A DNA stretch of 60,937 nucleotides from a virus (Duplodnaviria > Caudoviricetes). The DNA is taken from positions 1-60,937 of IMG/VR virus record IMGVR_UViG_3300035670_000217; one strand, given 5' to 3'. Made by a program: the position numbers and the translations under genes. The stretch's first letter is position 1. Each line of letters begins with the position of its first letter. Positions 33,166 through 42,776 of this stretch are shown here, in pieces. The notes under the pieces are model-generated. The model saw nothing but the letters and a program-made list of their open reading frames with translations, was not told where the DNA came from and did no database searches.

Positions 33166-35430
33166 TTACATCGGCTGCTCAGGGGCGGGCGCCCCGAACT
33201 CCTGGGCTTGCGCCTGCAGGCCTTCCATCACGGCCCCGGCGCGCTGCTGCATCTCCTGCTCGGCGGCCGCCTGCTGCTCGGCGCGCATCTGGTCCTCGGC
33301 CTGGGCCTGCTGGCGGGCCTCGATCTCGGTGCGGGACAGGTAACCGGCCTCCCGCAGTAGCTTGTCGGCCACGCGCAGCACCTGGGGCGACAGCATGGCC
33401 ACCTGGGCGCTCTCCATGGCGGTCTTCTGGGTGTCGACGTTGGTCCCGGCGAGCTGGGCGGCAATGCGCTGGGCCTCGGCCTCGGTCTTGCCGGCCTTGG
33501 CGAGCTGCTCGCGGAGCTGGGCCTCGAGCATCTGCTGCTGCATCTGCTGCTGGTACTGCTGCTGCTCCATGGCCGCGATCTCCTCCGGGGTCAACTCGGT
33601 GGCGTCCGGGTCGCGCTGGCCGCTGATCTGGCGGATGCGCTTCACGATCTCGTCGCGGTTCGGCACGTCCATCGCCTCAACGATCAGGTCAAGCATGACG
33701 ATGGCGACCTCGGGCGGCATCCGGGTGACCATCTCCATGAGCTGATCGGCCTGGGCCTGGCGCATGGTGGCGCGCCACTCGTCCTCGGAGATCACGAAGT
33801 CGGCCTTGGTGCGGTGGATGTCGTGCTCGGGCAGGCCGTCGTTGACCTCAACGAAGTCGGCGCTGCCACGCTGGTTGGTGATGCGGAACACCTTGTGCTC
33901 GGTGAAATACTGCTCGACCAGGGAGAGCTGGTTCTCGCCCTGGATCTGCAGGGCCAGGCGCATGTTGTCGAACAGCTTGGCGGTGGACATCATGCCCTGC
34001 TGCTGACGGTTCTCGATGGCCCTGCCCGACTGGGCGTTGGTGGTGCGCCCCATCAGCTCGTCGGTGACGCCGGACACCTGCTGAATCATCGCAATGTTGC
34101 GGCCCATCATGTCCAGGTGGGATTGCTCCAGCCCGCGGTCGGCGTTGATCTCCAGCGCCTTGCCGGGGTTCTTGATGATGATCCCGTCCGGGCGGGCGAC
34201 CTCCTCGGCGTACTCCTGGAGGTCATCGACCGCGCCCTTGTCCATGATGGTCTTGTTGGTGGCCATGATGTACTGGGCCTTGGAGGCGCGCTTGTTGATG
34301 TCCTCCTGGATGTCGCGCAGGCCGCGGATCACACCGTAGGGCAGTCCATCGCGGTCACGGCGATAGCCCCAGATAGGCGTGAAGGGAAAGCGGTTGTGGC
34401 GGTAGGGTGACTCGCCGAGATAGCACATCCCCTTGGTGGTCATGATGGCGCAGTGCATCCGCATGTGGAGCTTCTCGGCCACCACGGAGCTGCCGGCCTC
34501 GACGCTGGCGGCCATGTCTGGGTTGCTGGGATCGAACACGTCGCCCGCGAAGTCGCCGGCCACGATCTTGGGCGCACGGGTGGGCCGGCGGAACCAGACT
34601 TCGATCAGGCGCACGCGGCGGCGGTGGTAGCCAGGGTCCGTCATGCCGTCCAGGCGCATATCCAGCGACATCTCGGCCTGGTCCATGGCTTCATCAGCGT
34701 CGCGCCCGATACCGTCGGTGCCGTAGGCGCTCTCGGCGCTGGCCGACTCCTCCAGCATCTGCTCGCGATCGGGGAACAGGGCGATCGCCACGTCCAGGTC
34801 GACCCACTTGGTGCGAGTCACATAGCGCGAGTCGCTGAGGTCCAGCTCGGTGCTGGCGCTGTCCCACATGACGTTGCGCCAGCTCTCGTAGCGGCTGTAT
34901 ACCGGCTCGCCGTCGTCGTCATCCTGCACGCCGTCCTCGACCCAGCCCACGCCGACCTTCACCGCGTCCTCGAAGGCACGGGAGCGGTGGAAGGGGGTGC
35001 GGTTCACGTCGGACAGGTACTTGAGTAGGGCGGTCTTCTGCTCGGCGGGCTTGGCGTCCTCCTTGCCGCGGGGCAGCACCTTGAAGTCGATGCGGCCGCG
35101 CTTCTCGGAGCCGATGATCCAGTTCACGCTCTGCGAGATCACGTTGTAGACCATCGGGGCCTGGCCACGCTCGCGCAGGATGGCGGCATCCTCGTCGGTC
35201 CACTGGATGTGGTCGTAGAAGTCGGCGTCGATCGCCATCTGCGCCCGGTTCTCGTACTGCCGGTCGATCTCCTGGCGGTAGTAGCTCAGGAGCTTGCGGT
35301 GCAGCTCCTCGTTCTCGGCGCTGTCCAGCTCATGCTCGGGCGCGTCGTCTTCCTCCTCCTCGAAGCCGGGGTATTCGCCGGTGTTCTGGGCGGGGTCAGG
35401 GCGCTTGATGTGGCGTTCATTCTCGAACAT
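33166..35430 (-). CDS. portal protein (P22-like podovirus type)
   Basis: 754 aa; QW, RGQAP.VYN, AVKVGVGW, PY.HNRFPFTP, G.PYGVIR.L.D.QEDINKR.SK, SG.AI motifs. Confidence 0.9.
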   Translation of the reverse strand: MFENERHIKRPDPAQNTGEYPGFEEEEDDAPEHELDSAENEELHRKLLSYYRQEIDRQYENRAQMAIDADFYDHIQWTDEDAAILRERGQAPMVYNVISQSVNWIIGSEKRGRIDFKVLPRGKEDAKPAEQKTALLKYLSDVNRTPFHRSRAFEDAVKVGVGWVEDGVQDDDDGEPVYSRYESWRNVMWDSASTELDLSDSRYVTRTKWVDLDVAIALFPDREQMLEESASAESAYGTDGIGRDADEAMDQAEMSLDMRLDGMTDPGYHRRRVRLIEVWFRRPTRAPKIVAGDFAGDVFDPSNPDMAASVEAGSSVVAEKLHMRMHCAIMTTKGMCYLGESPYRHNRFPFTPIWGYRRDRDGLPYGVIRGLRDIQEDINKRASKAQYIMATNKTIMDKGAVDDLQEYAEEVARPDGIIIKNPGKALEINADRGLEQSHLDMMGRNIAMIQQVSGVTDELMGRTTNAQSGRAIENRQQQGMMSTAKLFDNMRLALQIQGENQLSLVEQYFTEHKVFRITNQRGSADFVEVNDGLPEHDIHRTKADFVISEDEWRATMRQAQADQLMEMVTRMPPEVAIVMLDLIVEAMDVPNRDEIVKRIRQISGQRDPDATELTPEEIAAMEQQQYQQQMQQQMLEAQLREQLAKAGKTEAEAQRIAAQLAGTNVDTQKTAMESAQVAMLSPQVLRVADKLLREAGYLSRTEIEARQQAQAEDQMRAEQQAAAEQEMQQRAGAVMEGLQAQAQEFGAPAPEQPM

Positions 35431-35441
35431 GAGCGGGGCTC

Positions 35442-35861
35442 CTACTGGTGATCCAGGATCTCGACGGTGGTGCTGCGCCCACTCTCGTCGGTAATAGTGG
35501 CCTCGGCGCCGACCCGGGAGCCGAAGGAGGGGCGTTCCGGCAGGGCCACGAGATCGTCCAGGTGGTCGTAGATCGCGTCGGCGATCTTGCGCACATTGAA
35601 CATACTGTCGGTCCAGCCAAAGCCCTCGCAGAAGCGCATGGCGGCGCGCAGGAGGTATCGGGGGTTATCGTAGCGATAGGCGGCACTCAGGGCCACCACG
35701 GCGGGCTTGACGGTACCGACGGACTGCCGGCGAGCGGGGACGATGGCCAGGCACGGCTCGCTGTCGTCGATGCTTGGGCCGACCCAGGTGCCATAGACCA
35801 CGAGATCGCCGACGGGCTTGTACCAGGCATAGCGGGTGAGATCCAGAACGTGGCCGGTCAT
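35442..35861 (-). CDS. hypothetical protein between terminase and portal
   Basis: GGAG RBS; codon usage. Confidence 0.7.
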   Translation of the reverse strand: MTGHVLDLTRYAWYKPVGDLVVYGTWVGPSIDDSEPCLAIVPARRQSVGTVKPAVVALSAAYRYDNPRYLLRAAMRFCEGFGWTDSMFNVRKIADAIYDHLDDLVALPERPSFGSRVGAEATITDESGRSTTVEILDHQ

Positions 35862-35871
35862 ACGGGCTCCA

Positions 35872-36321
35872 TCAGCAGTCGGTCATAAGGGTAAGGTAGG
35901 AGGCGCGCAGGGCTCGCGCATCCTCGAGGGCGTTGTGCGGCAGCGCGGACGCGACCGCATCCAGGTCGCGACGTATCTCGATGGTCAGGGGCGGCGTATC
36001 GACGCGCAGCCCGGGGCCGGTGATCAGGGCGCGACAGAAGTGCTCGACATCCTCGGGCCAGTCGGCGATCAGGTGGATGGCCTCGAACTGAGCCAGGAAG
36101 CCAGCCAGGCGGCTCGCCAGCTCCATCGGTCCCGTGACTCCCTCGACCTCCTCGCCGACCACAGGCAGGACGTGGTAGCGCACCCACGGGTCGGCCTCCT
36201 CGAACAGCGGGATGCCGACATACAGCTCCTCGCCGGACATCGCCACCAGCGCCATGGTGATCAGCGAGCCCCGGTAGCCGTTCCACTCGCAGTCCACAAA
36301 GATCTCGGTCGCCTTGCTCAC
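35872..36321 (-). CDS. DEDDh 3'-5' exonuclease (Rv2179c/DUF5051-like)
   Basis: GTGA coupling with the terL stop; FVDCEW, DWPED, HNALEDAR motifs. Confidence 0.75.
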   Translation of the reverse strand: MSKATEIFVDCEWNGYRGSLITMALVAMSGEELYVGIPLFEEADPWVRYHVLPVVGEEVEGVTGPMELASRLAGFLAQFEAIHLIADWPEDVEHFCRALITGPGLRVDTPPLTIEIRRDLDAVASALPHNALEDARALRASYLTLMTDC

Positions 36322-38744
36322 ACGGTCCTCCAGGAGCCTCGGCGCTTGAGCCGCTGGGCTGAGTTGACGTTGATCAGGCCAGACGCATACGCCTGGGCCA
36401 GTTGTCGGAGGGCGTCGGCCGCCTCCGAATGTCCGCCAGTCTTGTCCGGCAGGTTGCCCCACGCGCCCTGCTGGGTGTTCCACTTGCGGCGGTACAACTC
36501 CAGGTGCTCGATGCCGGCCTTGGTCTTCTCCTCGTCGAACCAGAGCAGCGGGAACATGTCGCGGGTCTGCTGGATACCCCAGTTCACATCCTCGATCCGC
36601 GGCACGGTGACGAAGTTGGCCCCGGGCATCAGCTCCTCGAGCATCTGCTTGGGGCTCTTGTTCACGTTCTGGCCCTGGCGGATGTGGTCGGCATCGTGAG
36701 GCAGGTAATGGGTGTCCCAGACGAGGCCGCGGGCCTGGAGCCACTGCACCGCATGGCTGTAGGGCTCGCCCCATGCCTCGTAGAAGTCCACCAGGCGCCA
36801 CTCGTTGCCGATCTTCTGCACGACCCAGATCGCCGTGCCGTCGCTGTTGCCGATATCCCAGCAGGTGTAGCAGGGCACGCCGGGCTCCAGCGGCAGTCGG
36901 GGCAGGATGCGGCCCTGCTTGCGGGCGTTGGTGAACTGCTGGGCGTAGTAGGTGCCTCGCGTCGACTGGTGAAAGGCCTCTTCAGGGGTCGACGGGTACT
37001 CCTGGAACATCATCTCCTCGTCGCCGGAGAAGTCGCCGTCCCGGGTGGCGCAGTACCACGAGCGCTGCTCGTCGTCGATCACCACACCGAGCTTGGCCTC
37101 GAGCCCATCGAAGTAGTCGTGATCGCGCTTGGTGACCAGCACGGTGCCGGCGGGGGCCCGGTAGTTGGGCTCCTCGAACCAGGGGAAGAAGTGAAGCTTG
37201 TAGTCCTTGCGGGTCAGCGGCGTTCCCTGCTCCTGTAGCGCCTTGGCCCGCATGGTCATGTTGTAGAAGTGGCCCTCGCGACCCTCGGCGGTGGACTCGA
37301 TGAAGATCACGCCGTTGGCCGGCACGGTGGGAATGGAGCCGGTCACGACTTCCTGGGCGCGCTTGGGGAAGTCGGCGCAGATCTTGCCGAACTCGGAGAC
37401 ATGGAGGTACTGCAGAGTCCCGGAGCGCATGGAGGTCGACACCTGGATGCTCGATCCCGTGTGGGCGAACAGCAACTCGTCGGCGCTCTCCCGCTCCAGC
37501 GGCATGGCCCGTCGCACATGGTCGGGCAGGTTGTCGTAGGCGAACTTCACCTTGTCGCGGAACAGTTTTTTAGCGATGCCATCGGTCTGGGCGATCATGC
37601 CGGCCCGCACATTGGGCCGGAACAGGCAGGCGTCCAGGAACATGATGGCGATGAATGTGGTGTTGTGAGACACCAGGCCCTCGGCGATGTAGGTGCCGGT
37701 ACTGGTCTGGAGGTCAACCATTTCCTGCTCGCCGATGTACTCGATGCCGGTGACCTCGACCCACGCCACGCCAGCGCCACGCTTACCGGGCAGCTCGCGG
37801 CCCTCCCAGAAGCGCCGACCGATGAAGCGGCTTGGCCTGGTGGTCCCGATCAGGCGGAAGATATCGTCCATGCGGGTCAACGCCAGCCTCGGCACCGCTT
37901 CGCTGCCGTGTTTGCTCTCGCGCAGACCCTCGTCCTCCTCGATCCGGTAGGCGTATCCGCGTTCATCAAGGTAGCGGTGGGCGCGCGCCCACACGGGGCC
38001 GACCACCTGGCTCACGCTCAACTGGCAGCCGGCCCTATTGCCGTTGGAGATACTGCCTTCACCGTCCAGCATCCCGCCGAACCACCCATCTTGATAGTCG
38101 GGCTCGCCCCACGGGGTGGTGATGGATCTAACCTTGGTGCCGACAGTGATCTTGCCAACCACCTGATTGCCCTCACCGCTCAGGCTGCGCCACTTGGCAT
38201 CCGTGGCGGCCTTGCGAGTCAACCATGGGTGGCGGTCGGTGCAGATAACCTCTCGCCCGTCGCTCAGGGACACGCGGTAGGCGTGACGCATGACGCGCCC
38301 GGCATGCTCGACCGTGGCGGTGCGCATCTTGCGCGCCTTTCCTCGACCGCCAGGTGGATGCTCGTCGACCGACACCACCTCTTGGCCAGGCTGGATATCG
38401 CCGATCGGCACCCAGCGAAGGTCCGCAGTCAGGACTCGCGTAGAGGGGTCCAGGCACATCCCGAGCTGACGAGCCTTCAAAATTATATTGCGGTACCAGA
38501 ACGAGGCGATCAGGCGGCGCTGGGCGCGATTGGGCACGAAGGTGGCGACCAGGCCGGGGTCGCTGTCGTCCTCGCCGTCGCCCTTGATCAAAATCTTGTA
38601 GAGATGGCTGATTCGGTAGGCGGGCGAGCGCATGGCCAGGGTCATCTCGGCCTCGGTCTGAGCCTCGAAGGTATAGGGATCGGCCTTGAGGGCGGCGACG
38701 CGCTCCTCCGGCACTGCGGCGGTGATGTCCTGGGCGGCGCTCAC
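36318..38744 (-). CDS. terL: terminase large subunit (intein-containing)
   Basis: ILKARQLGM/TT Walker A, LHVSEFG Walker B, ESTAEG, FQEYPSTPEEAF, WDIG..D, ADALR motifs. Confidence 0.93.
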   Translation of the reverse strand: MSAAQDITAAVPEERVAALKADPYTFEAQTEAEMTLAMRSPAYRISHLYKILIKGDGEDDSDPGLVATFVPNRAQRRLIASFWYRNIILKARQLGMCLDPSTRVLTADLRWVPIGDIQPGQEVVSVDEHPPGGRGKARKMRTATVEHAGRVMRHAYRVSLSDGREVICTDRHPWLTRKAATDAKWRSLSGEGNQVVGKITVGTKVRSITTPWGEPDYQDGWFGGMLDGEGSISNGNRAGCQLSVSQVVGPVWARAHRYLDERGYAYRIEEDEGLRESKHGSEAVPRLALTRMDDIFRLIGTTRPSRFIGRRFWEGRELPGKRGAGVAWVEVTGIEYIGEQEMVDLQTSTGTYIAEGLVSHNTTFIAIMFLDACLFRPNVRAGMIAQTDGIAKKLFRDKVKFAYDNLPDHVRRAMPLERESADELLFAHTGSSIQVSTSMRSGTLQYLHVSEFGKICADFPKRAQEVVTGSIPTVPANGVIFIESTAEGREGHFYNMTMRAKALQEQGTPLTRKDYKLHFFPWFEEPNYRAPAGTVLVTKRDHDYFDGLEAKLGVVIDDEQRSWYCATRDGDFSGDEEMMFQEYPSTPEEAFHQSTRGTYYAQQFTNARKQGRILPRLPLEPGVPCYTCWDIGNSDGTAIWVVQKIGNEWRLVDFYEAWGEPYSHAVQWLQARGLVWDTHYLPHDADHIRQGQNVNKSPKQMLEELMPGANFVTVPRIEDVNWGIQQTRDMFPLLWFDEEKTKAGIEHLELYRRKWNTQQGAWGNLPDKTGGHSEAADALRQLAQAYASGLINVNSAQRLKRRGSWRTV
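37662..38456 (-). mobile_element. class 1 intein (265 aa) with LAGLIDADG-like domain in the TerL P-loop
   Basis: Starts CLDPSTRV; block B T.RHPW; GMLDGEG motif; ends VSHN followed by Thr. Confidence 0.92.
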
Positions 38745-38884
38745 TCCTCGGCTCCTCGCTTGTAGCGCCGGATCGCCCGGCGGTAGCGCCAGCGGTCGTA
38801 GACGTGATGGCCGGCGGCGACGATCAGGATAATGGCGACGATCAGGCTGGCGAGCCCATCGGCGAGTTGCCAGGCGGTGGTCAT
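38741..38884 (-). CDS. small membrane protein
   Basis: 47 aa with one TM and a basic tail; coupled to both neighbours. Confidence 0.55.
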   Translation of the reverse strand: MTTAWQLADGLASLIVAIILIVAAGHHVYDRWRYRRAIRRYKRGAEE

Positions 38885-39129
38885 CGTCTGGGCTCCATGT
38901 CGGCTACCTCGCTCTCCAGGGCGGCGAATGCCTGGCGCTCGGCCTGCTGGGCCTGCTTCCAGACCAATGTGGCCAGTGCTACGCGAAAAGCGCGGGTCAT
39001 GGTCCCGCGACCATTCTCGATTTCGCGTAGAGAGCGCTCCGATGTGCCGAGGAGGGTCGCCAGGCGTCCTCTGCTCCACCCCATCTCGCCCCGGATCTTA
39101 GCCACGTCAGCCTTGTTCATCGCTGCCAT
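38881..39129 (-). CDS. XRE-type HTH regulator
   Basis: IRGEMGWSRGRLATLLGTSERSLREIENG. Confidence 0.7.
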   Translation of the reverse strand: MAAMNKADVAKIRGEMGWSRGRLATLLGTSERSLREIENGRGTMTRAFRVALATLVWKQAQQAERQAFAALESEVADMEPRR

Positions 39130-39130
39130 C

Positions 39131-39394
39131 TCACGTTTTCGTTGATGCGCTCGTCGTGCGGTCGTCAATTATGACGGCGGATTCGGCGCTCTCCCGACAA
39201 TTGTGCGCGATCGGAGTCGCAGACGCCAGGATCTCGGCCACGGCCTCCGACCAGCGCTCACGGGAGTTGCACTCGCCTCCGACGGTGACGGCCACGCGGT
39301 AGCAGGCTGGGCAGAAGGTGCGCTCAGACCTCCCGTGGGCCGCCCTGACGGTCATCGGCTTGGCCTGGCACCAGGGGCAGGGAGGAACGCTCAT
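39131..39394 (-). CDS. small zinc-ribbon protein (Lar-like)
   Basis: CPWC...CPAC motif; coupled to terS. Confidence 0.5.
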   Translation of the reverse strand: MSVPPCPWCQAKPMTVRAAHGRSERTFCPACYRVAVTVGGECNSRERWSEAVAEILASATPIAHNCRESAESAVIIDDRTTSASTKT

Positions 39395-40170
39395 TCGCGC
39401 TCCTGGGGCTGCTCCTGGGGCGTCAGGGCCTGCTCGTCTCGCCTGCCGCCTGTCGCGATCGCCTTCACCAGGGCCGCCAGCGGGTCGTCCTCCTTGATGC
39501 CGAGGTTCAACTTGGCGTCCAGGATGCCGAGATGCTTGGCGACGTTCTCCAGTGCCTTGGCCTGATCCTGGGTCTTGACCTCCATACCCTCCTTGGTGGT
39601 CTTGATTCCGGCGTACAGGGCGCGCGCCTGGGGGCTAAGCCGGCGGGTGTCGGCCACAAACACGCCGGCCTCGCCCTCTCCGTCGCACTTCGGGCAGTCG
39701 GGATGCGGGTCGGCGCTGCGGAGATAGCCGTAACCTCCATCGTTGCTGGGCGCCTTGCGCGGCGTCTCGGCGGCCTCGGACTGGCGACAGGCTTCCTGCC
39801 ACTCCTCCTCGTCAATCCACTGATAGCGATGATCCTCGCCGTAGCAGTAGCGGCACGCGCGGCGCCGATGTTGCACCAGCTCGTTAACGTCGGCTGTGGC
39901 GATCTCCCACCAGCGTCTCACGACAGTTTCGGCGCTGATCTCCAGCTTCCGCGCTATCTCGGCCTGCCGCGCCCGAATATAGGCCTCAACCTTCGGATTC
40001 CTGACGAGTTCGCAGCCTGATCGGTATTGATCCTTCGCCTTTCCGCCAGCGCGCCGGTAAGCAGGTCCGGCCTTGCCATCGACCAGGTATTCGTCAGCGA
40101 CGCGGCGCTGCATGTCTGTCAGTTTGGCGCCAAGGGCTTCGGCTGTTTGAGAGGGATCTACGTCAGGCAT
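39391..40170 (-). CDS. terS: terminase small subunit
   Basis: LT.MQRR...EYL.D, CRYCYG, PHPDCPKCDGEG, ALYAGIK.TK.G, KALE...KHLG motifs. Confidence 0.85.
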   Translation of the reverse strand: MPDVDPSQTAEALGAKLTDMQRRVADEYLVDGKAGPAYRRAGGKAKDQYRSGCELVRNPKVEAYIRARQAEIARKLEISAETVVRRWWEIATADVNELVQHRRRACRYCYGEDHRYQWIDEEEWQEACRQSEAAETPRKAPSNDGGYGYLRSADPHPDCPKCDGEGEAGVFVADTRRLSPQARALYAGIKTTKEGMEVKTQDQAKALENVAKHLGILDAKLNLGIKEDDPLAALVKAIATGGRRDEQALTPQEQPQERE

Positions 40171-40231
40171 GATCCGCTCCTCCTTCAAGAGTGTGGGTTG
40201 CGGACAGTATCGCGGGGCGGGGCTTGAAAGG

Positions 40232-40262
40232 CAAAACGCCCGGGGCTGGTGGGCTCCGGGCG
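40232..40262 (-). terminator. rho-independent terminator ending the accessory operon; its tail overlaps a TTGCCT-17-GATACT promoter candidate for terS
   Basis: CGCCCGG...CCGGGCG stem followed by TTTT on the minus strand. Confidence 0.65.
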
Positions 40263-40337
40263 CGGTGTGGCGGGTGGTGGGTTAGTGGGTGTCGGCGTTA
40301 CCGGGGATGGTGCTCGTTATCGCTTTCATGGCGAGGC

Positions 40338-41120
40338 TCATGCGGGCACGCTGAGGCAGGCGATGTACCGATCTCGGGCGACTTCCGGGATCAACGTGAT
40401 GCGCAGGGACACGGCGGCGTCGGTCTCGTCGTCCATGCCGATGGTCCACTCACTGAGGTCGGCGACGGCCAGGCCGACCTCCTTGGCGAGATCAATCATG
40501 GCGGGGAGGACATGCTCCAGCAGCACGCGGTGGGCGGTCGCGGCTTGCTCTGGGGCGTCCAGGTCGAACATGACGCTGGTCAGCAGCGTGGCGGTTGCCT
40601 CCTCGGCCTTCATCCGCGGATCAGAGGCGGTGTGTTCCAGGGCGGCGGCGATCTTCTCGCGGATGGTCTGGGCGTTGTCGTCCCAGCGGACTTGTTTCAG
40701 GTCGGGCATGGCCTGGTCGCTCTCCAGCTCCTCGGGGTAGTACTGGGCGTTCTCCTCCAGGGTGGTCATGGGTTTGAGCACGGGGGTCAGGGTGCCGTTG
40801 AACATCTGCAGGCTGCCGACGTAGAGGTCTCGGCGCAGCACGTCTGGATCAATGGTGGCGTCGGCGGTGTCGCCTTCCTCGTCGATGGCGGTGACCAGGA
40901 TGCGACCGAACAGGATGTCGCCATGCCAGGGGGCGCTGGCCGCCTGGGTGCCTTCCTTGACGGTCAGGGCGCCGTTGTCGTCGACCCACGCTACATGGCC
41001 AGGGGCGGGGCTGCCGGCGGCGGTGATGACTTCGCAGCCAATGGCGTCATACATGGCGGCCAGGGTGTTGTCGATCTCGATGGCGTTGATGCCTTCGGCG
41101 GTGATCAGTAGTGCTTTCAT
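40338..41120 (-). CDS. DUF3846-like N-terminal domain plus unknown C-terminal domain
   Basis: LAAMYDAIGC..I, WVDDNG, ILFGRILV motifs; GAGGAAG RBS. Confidence 0.65.
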   Translation of the reverse strand: MKALLITAEGINAIEIDNTLAAMYDAIGCEVITAAGSPAPGHVAWVDDNGALTVKEGTQAASAPWHGDILFGRILVTAIDEEGDTADATIDPDVLRRDLYVGSLQMFNGTLTPVLKPMTTLEENAQYYPEELESDQAMPDLKQVRWDDNAQTIREKIAAALEHTASDPRMKAEEATATLLTSVMFDLDAPEQAATAHRVLLEHVLPAMIDLAKEVGLAVADLSEWTIGMDDETDAAVSLRITLIPEVARDRYIACLSVPA

Positions 41121-41145
41121 GGGTGCTTCCTCTCTCGGTGAGGGC

Positions 41146-41310
41146 TTAGGGCAGGTTGTGGGTGCGGCGCTGGCGCTTGAGCAGCTCGCGCTCCCACTTT
41201 TGGCCGGTGTACGGGTACTCCCGGCGGGGTCGAACATCGTTGCGGGTGGCCAGCCACATGCACAGGGCGATCGGGGTGGCGACCAAGATCCAATAGAACA
41301 GCCAGTTCAT
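41146..41310 (-). CDS. small membrane protein (54 aa)
   Basis: MNWLFYWILVATPIALCMWLATR...; ATGA coupling; absent from the supplied ORF track. Confidence 0.55.
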   Translation of the reverse strand: MNWLFYWILVATPIALCMWLATRNDVRPRREYPYTGQKWERELLKRQRRTHNLP

Positions 41311-41537
41311 GATGCCTTCCTCATGCCGGGGCAGCGCTCGTCGGCGATACCGCGGTAGTCGTGGTGTCCGTTGCGCTCGCTGGGCGGGATGCCTCGGGCG
41401 GCCTGGGCGTCATGGATTGCGACCATCTCGCAGTAGCGGCGCTCCTCGATCTGCTGGGCGTCGACATCGGCGGTGCCGACGTAGCCGAGGGCGGCGATGG
41501 TGGCGATTCCGGCGGTGATGGCGAGGGCTTTTCGCAT
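41307..41537 (-). CDS. small membrane-anchored phage protein
   Basis: GGAGG RBS; N-terminal TM; YCEMV...Y...C motif. Confidence 0.65.
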   Translation of the reverse strand: MRKALAITAGIATIAALGYVGTADVDAQQIEERRYCEMVAIHDAQAARGIPPSERNGHHDYRGIADERCPGMRKAS

Positions 41538-41592
41538 GGCTCTGACCTCCAATAATTCTAGCAGAATCGGGGGCTTGGCGCCCCCTTTGGGC

Positions 41593-42012
41593 TCAATTTT
41601 GGATGGCTTCTGCCACCTGTTGTTGGGTCAGGCCGGAAGCTCGGGCGCGGGCCTGGATGTGTATGTCCCGGGCGGTGGTCATCTCGACGAAGGCGGGGCG
41701 CAGCATGTCGTCGCTGATCCCGTCGCGGGTGTCGATATGCCAGCCATAGATGGCGATCTCGCGCAGATAGGCGGGCTCCTGCCAGAGCCCCGCCAGGTTC
41801 ACGTTGCGCGGGTGGTTCATGGCATCCACCAGGCGAGTCAGCAGCGCGCCCCTGGCCTCGATGATCGTGCCGTAGTGCTTGCTGGCCTCGCTGGCGATGG
41901 CGTTCAGCTCGCGGGCCTCGCCCATCCGTCCGCGTGTCTCGGCGTACTCGATCAAGGCTTGCCAGGCGCGATTGATCTGCGCGTGCTCGGCGGGCTCGTA
42001 GAGTCGACTCAT
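41593..42012 (-). CDS. hypothetical protein
   Basis: GGAGG RBS; ATGA coupling. Confidence 0.65.
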   Translation of the reverse strand: MSRLYEPAEHAQINRAWQALIEYAETRGRMGEARELNAIASEASKHYGTIIEARGALLTRLVDAMNHPRNVNLAGLWQEPAYLREIAIYGWHIDTRDGISDDMLRPAFVEMTTARDIHIQARARASGLTQQQVAEAIQN

Positions 42013-42233
42013 GACAGTACGCCTCCCATCTTCGCGGGGTCGCATCCGAGGTATTTCACGGCGGCCATGGCCTCCAGGCGGGCGTAGCGGCTGGGCTTGC
42101 CGCCCACGCTGACGATCAGCCTACCGCCACGGCTGTAGCGCCGCGCCAGGCGCGCCACGCAATTCAGGTAGCGGTCGTGGTTGGTGGTGGCCAGGCGCGA
42201 TGCCTGAGCCAGATAGCGGTCGTAATTGGTCAT
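42009..42233 (-). CDS. hypothetical basic protein
   Basis: GAGAGGAAG RBS; internal NYDRYL/NHDRYL repeat. Confidence 0.6.
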   Translation of the reverse strand: MTNYDRYLAQASRLATTNHDRYLNCVARLARRYSRGGRLIVSVGGKPSRYARLEAMAAVKYLGCDPAKMGGVLS

Positions 42234-42260
42234 GGGGGCTTCCTCTCTCTCCAGGAGTGA

Positions 42261-42470
42261 TCAGTAGCGCTCGTCGGGGCCGTGGTAGGTGGCGACCGAG
42301 GCGCGATCCATCAGCGTCTCGGCGCGCTCGCGGGCCTGGCCGGTGAGGCCTTCGCGGTCGTTGAGGTCCAGCAGCTCGGCCAGCTCGATGCACTCGCCCG
42401 GGGTCAGTTGGTGGCCAGGGAAGGCGCGGTCGATCTGGGCGCGGGCGATGGCGGCTTTGATGGTGTGCAT
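42261..42470 (-). CDS. hypothetical protein
   Basis: GGAG RBS; codon usage. Confidence 0.6.
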   Translation of the reverse strand: MHTIKAAIARAQIDRAFPGHQLTPGECIELAELLDLNDREGLTGQARERAETLMDRASVATYHGPDERY

Positions 42471-42472
42471 GA

Positions 42473-42694
42473 TCACTCCCCCACTCCGGTCATGATTTCG
42501 GCCTCCCGGGCCTCCCGCATTCTCTGGATATACGCCAGGCGGTAATGCTGCGCGGCGGCAGAGTTCAGCACTGCGAACCCGTGTAGGCCGGCGCGGCGGC
42601 CTCGCTTGGCGTGGAAAAGCGCTATCTTCGCGCGCTCCAGGTGCAGGGCGGCGCTGTCGAGGTATTGCTGGGAGGTGTATCGGGCGGTGGTCAT
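42473..42694 (-). CDS. hypothetical protein
   Basis: First gene after a strong promoter; GAGAGGAAG RBS. Confidence 0.6.
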   Translation of the reverse strand: MTTARYTSQQYLDSAALHLERAKIALFHAKRGRRAGLHGFAVLNSAAAQHYRLAYIQRMREAREAEIMTGVGE

Positions 42695-42735
42695 CGCTGC
42701 TTCCTCTCGTGTGGTGTTTCGGTGTTGCTGTCCAC

Positions 42736-42776
42736 ACTATAGCGGCTCACTCCTCATAGTGCAAGCTTTGCACTAT
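42736..42776 (-). promoter_or_regulatory. sigma70 promoter overlapped by a 21-bp palindromic operator
   Basis: TTGCAC-17-TATAGT; ATAGTGCAA-GCT-TTGCACTAT at 42756-42776. Confidence 0.85.
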
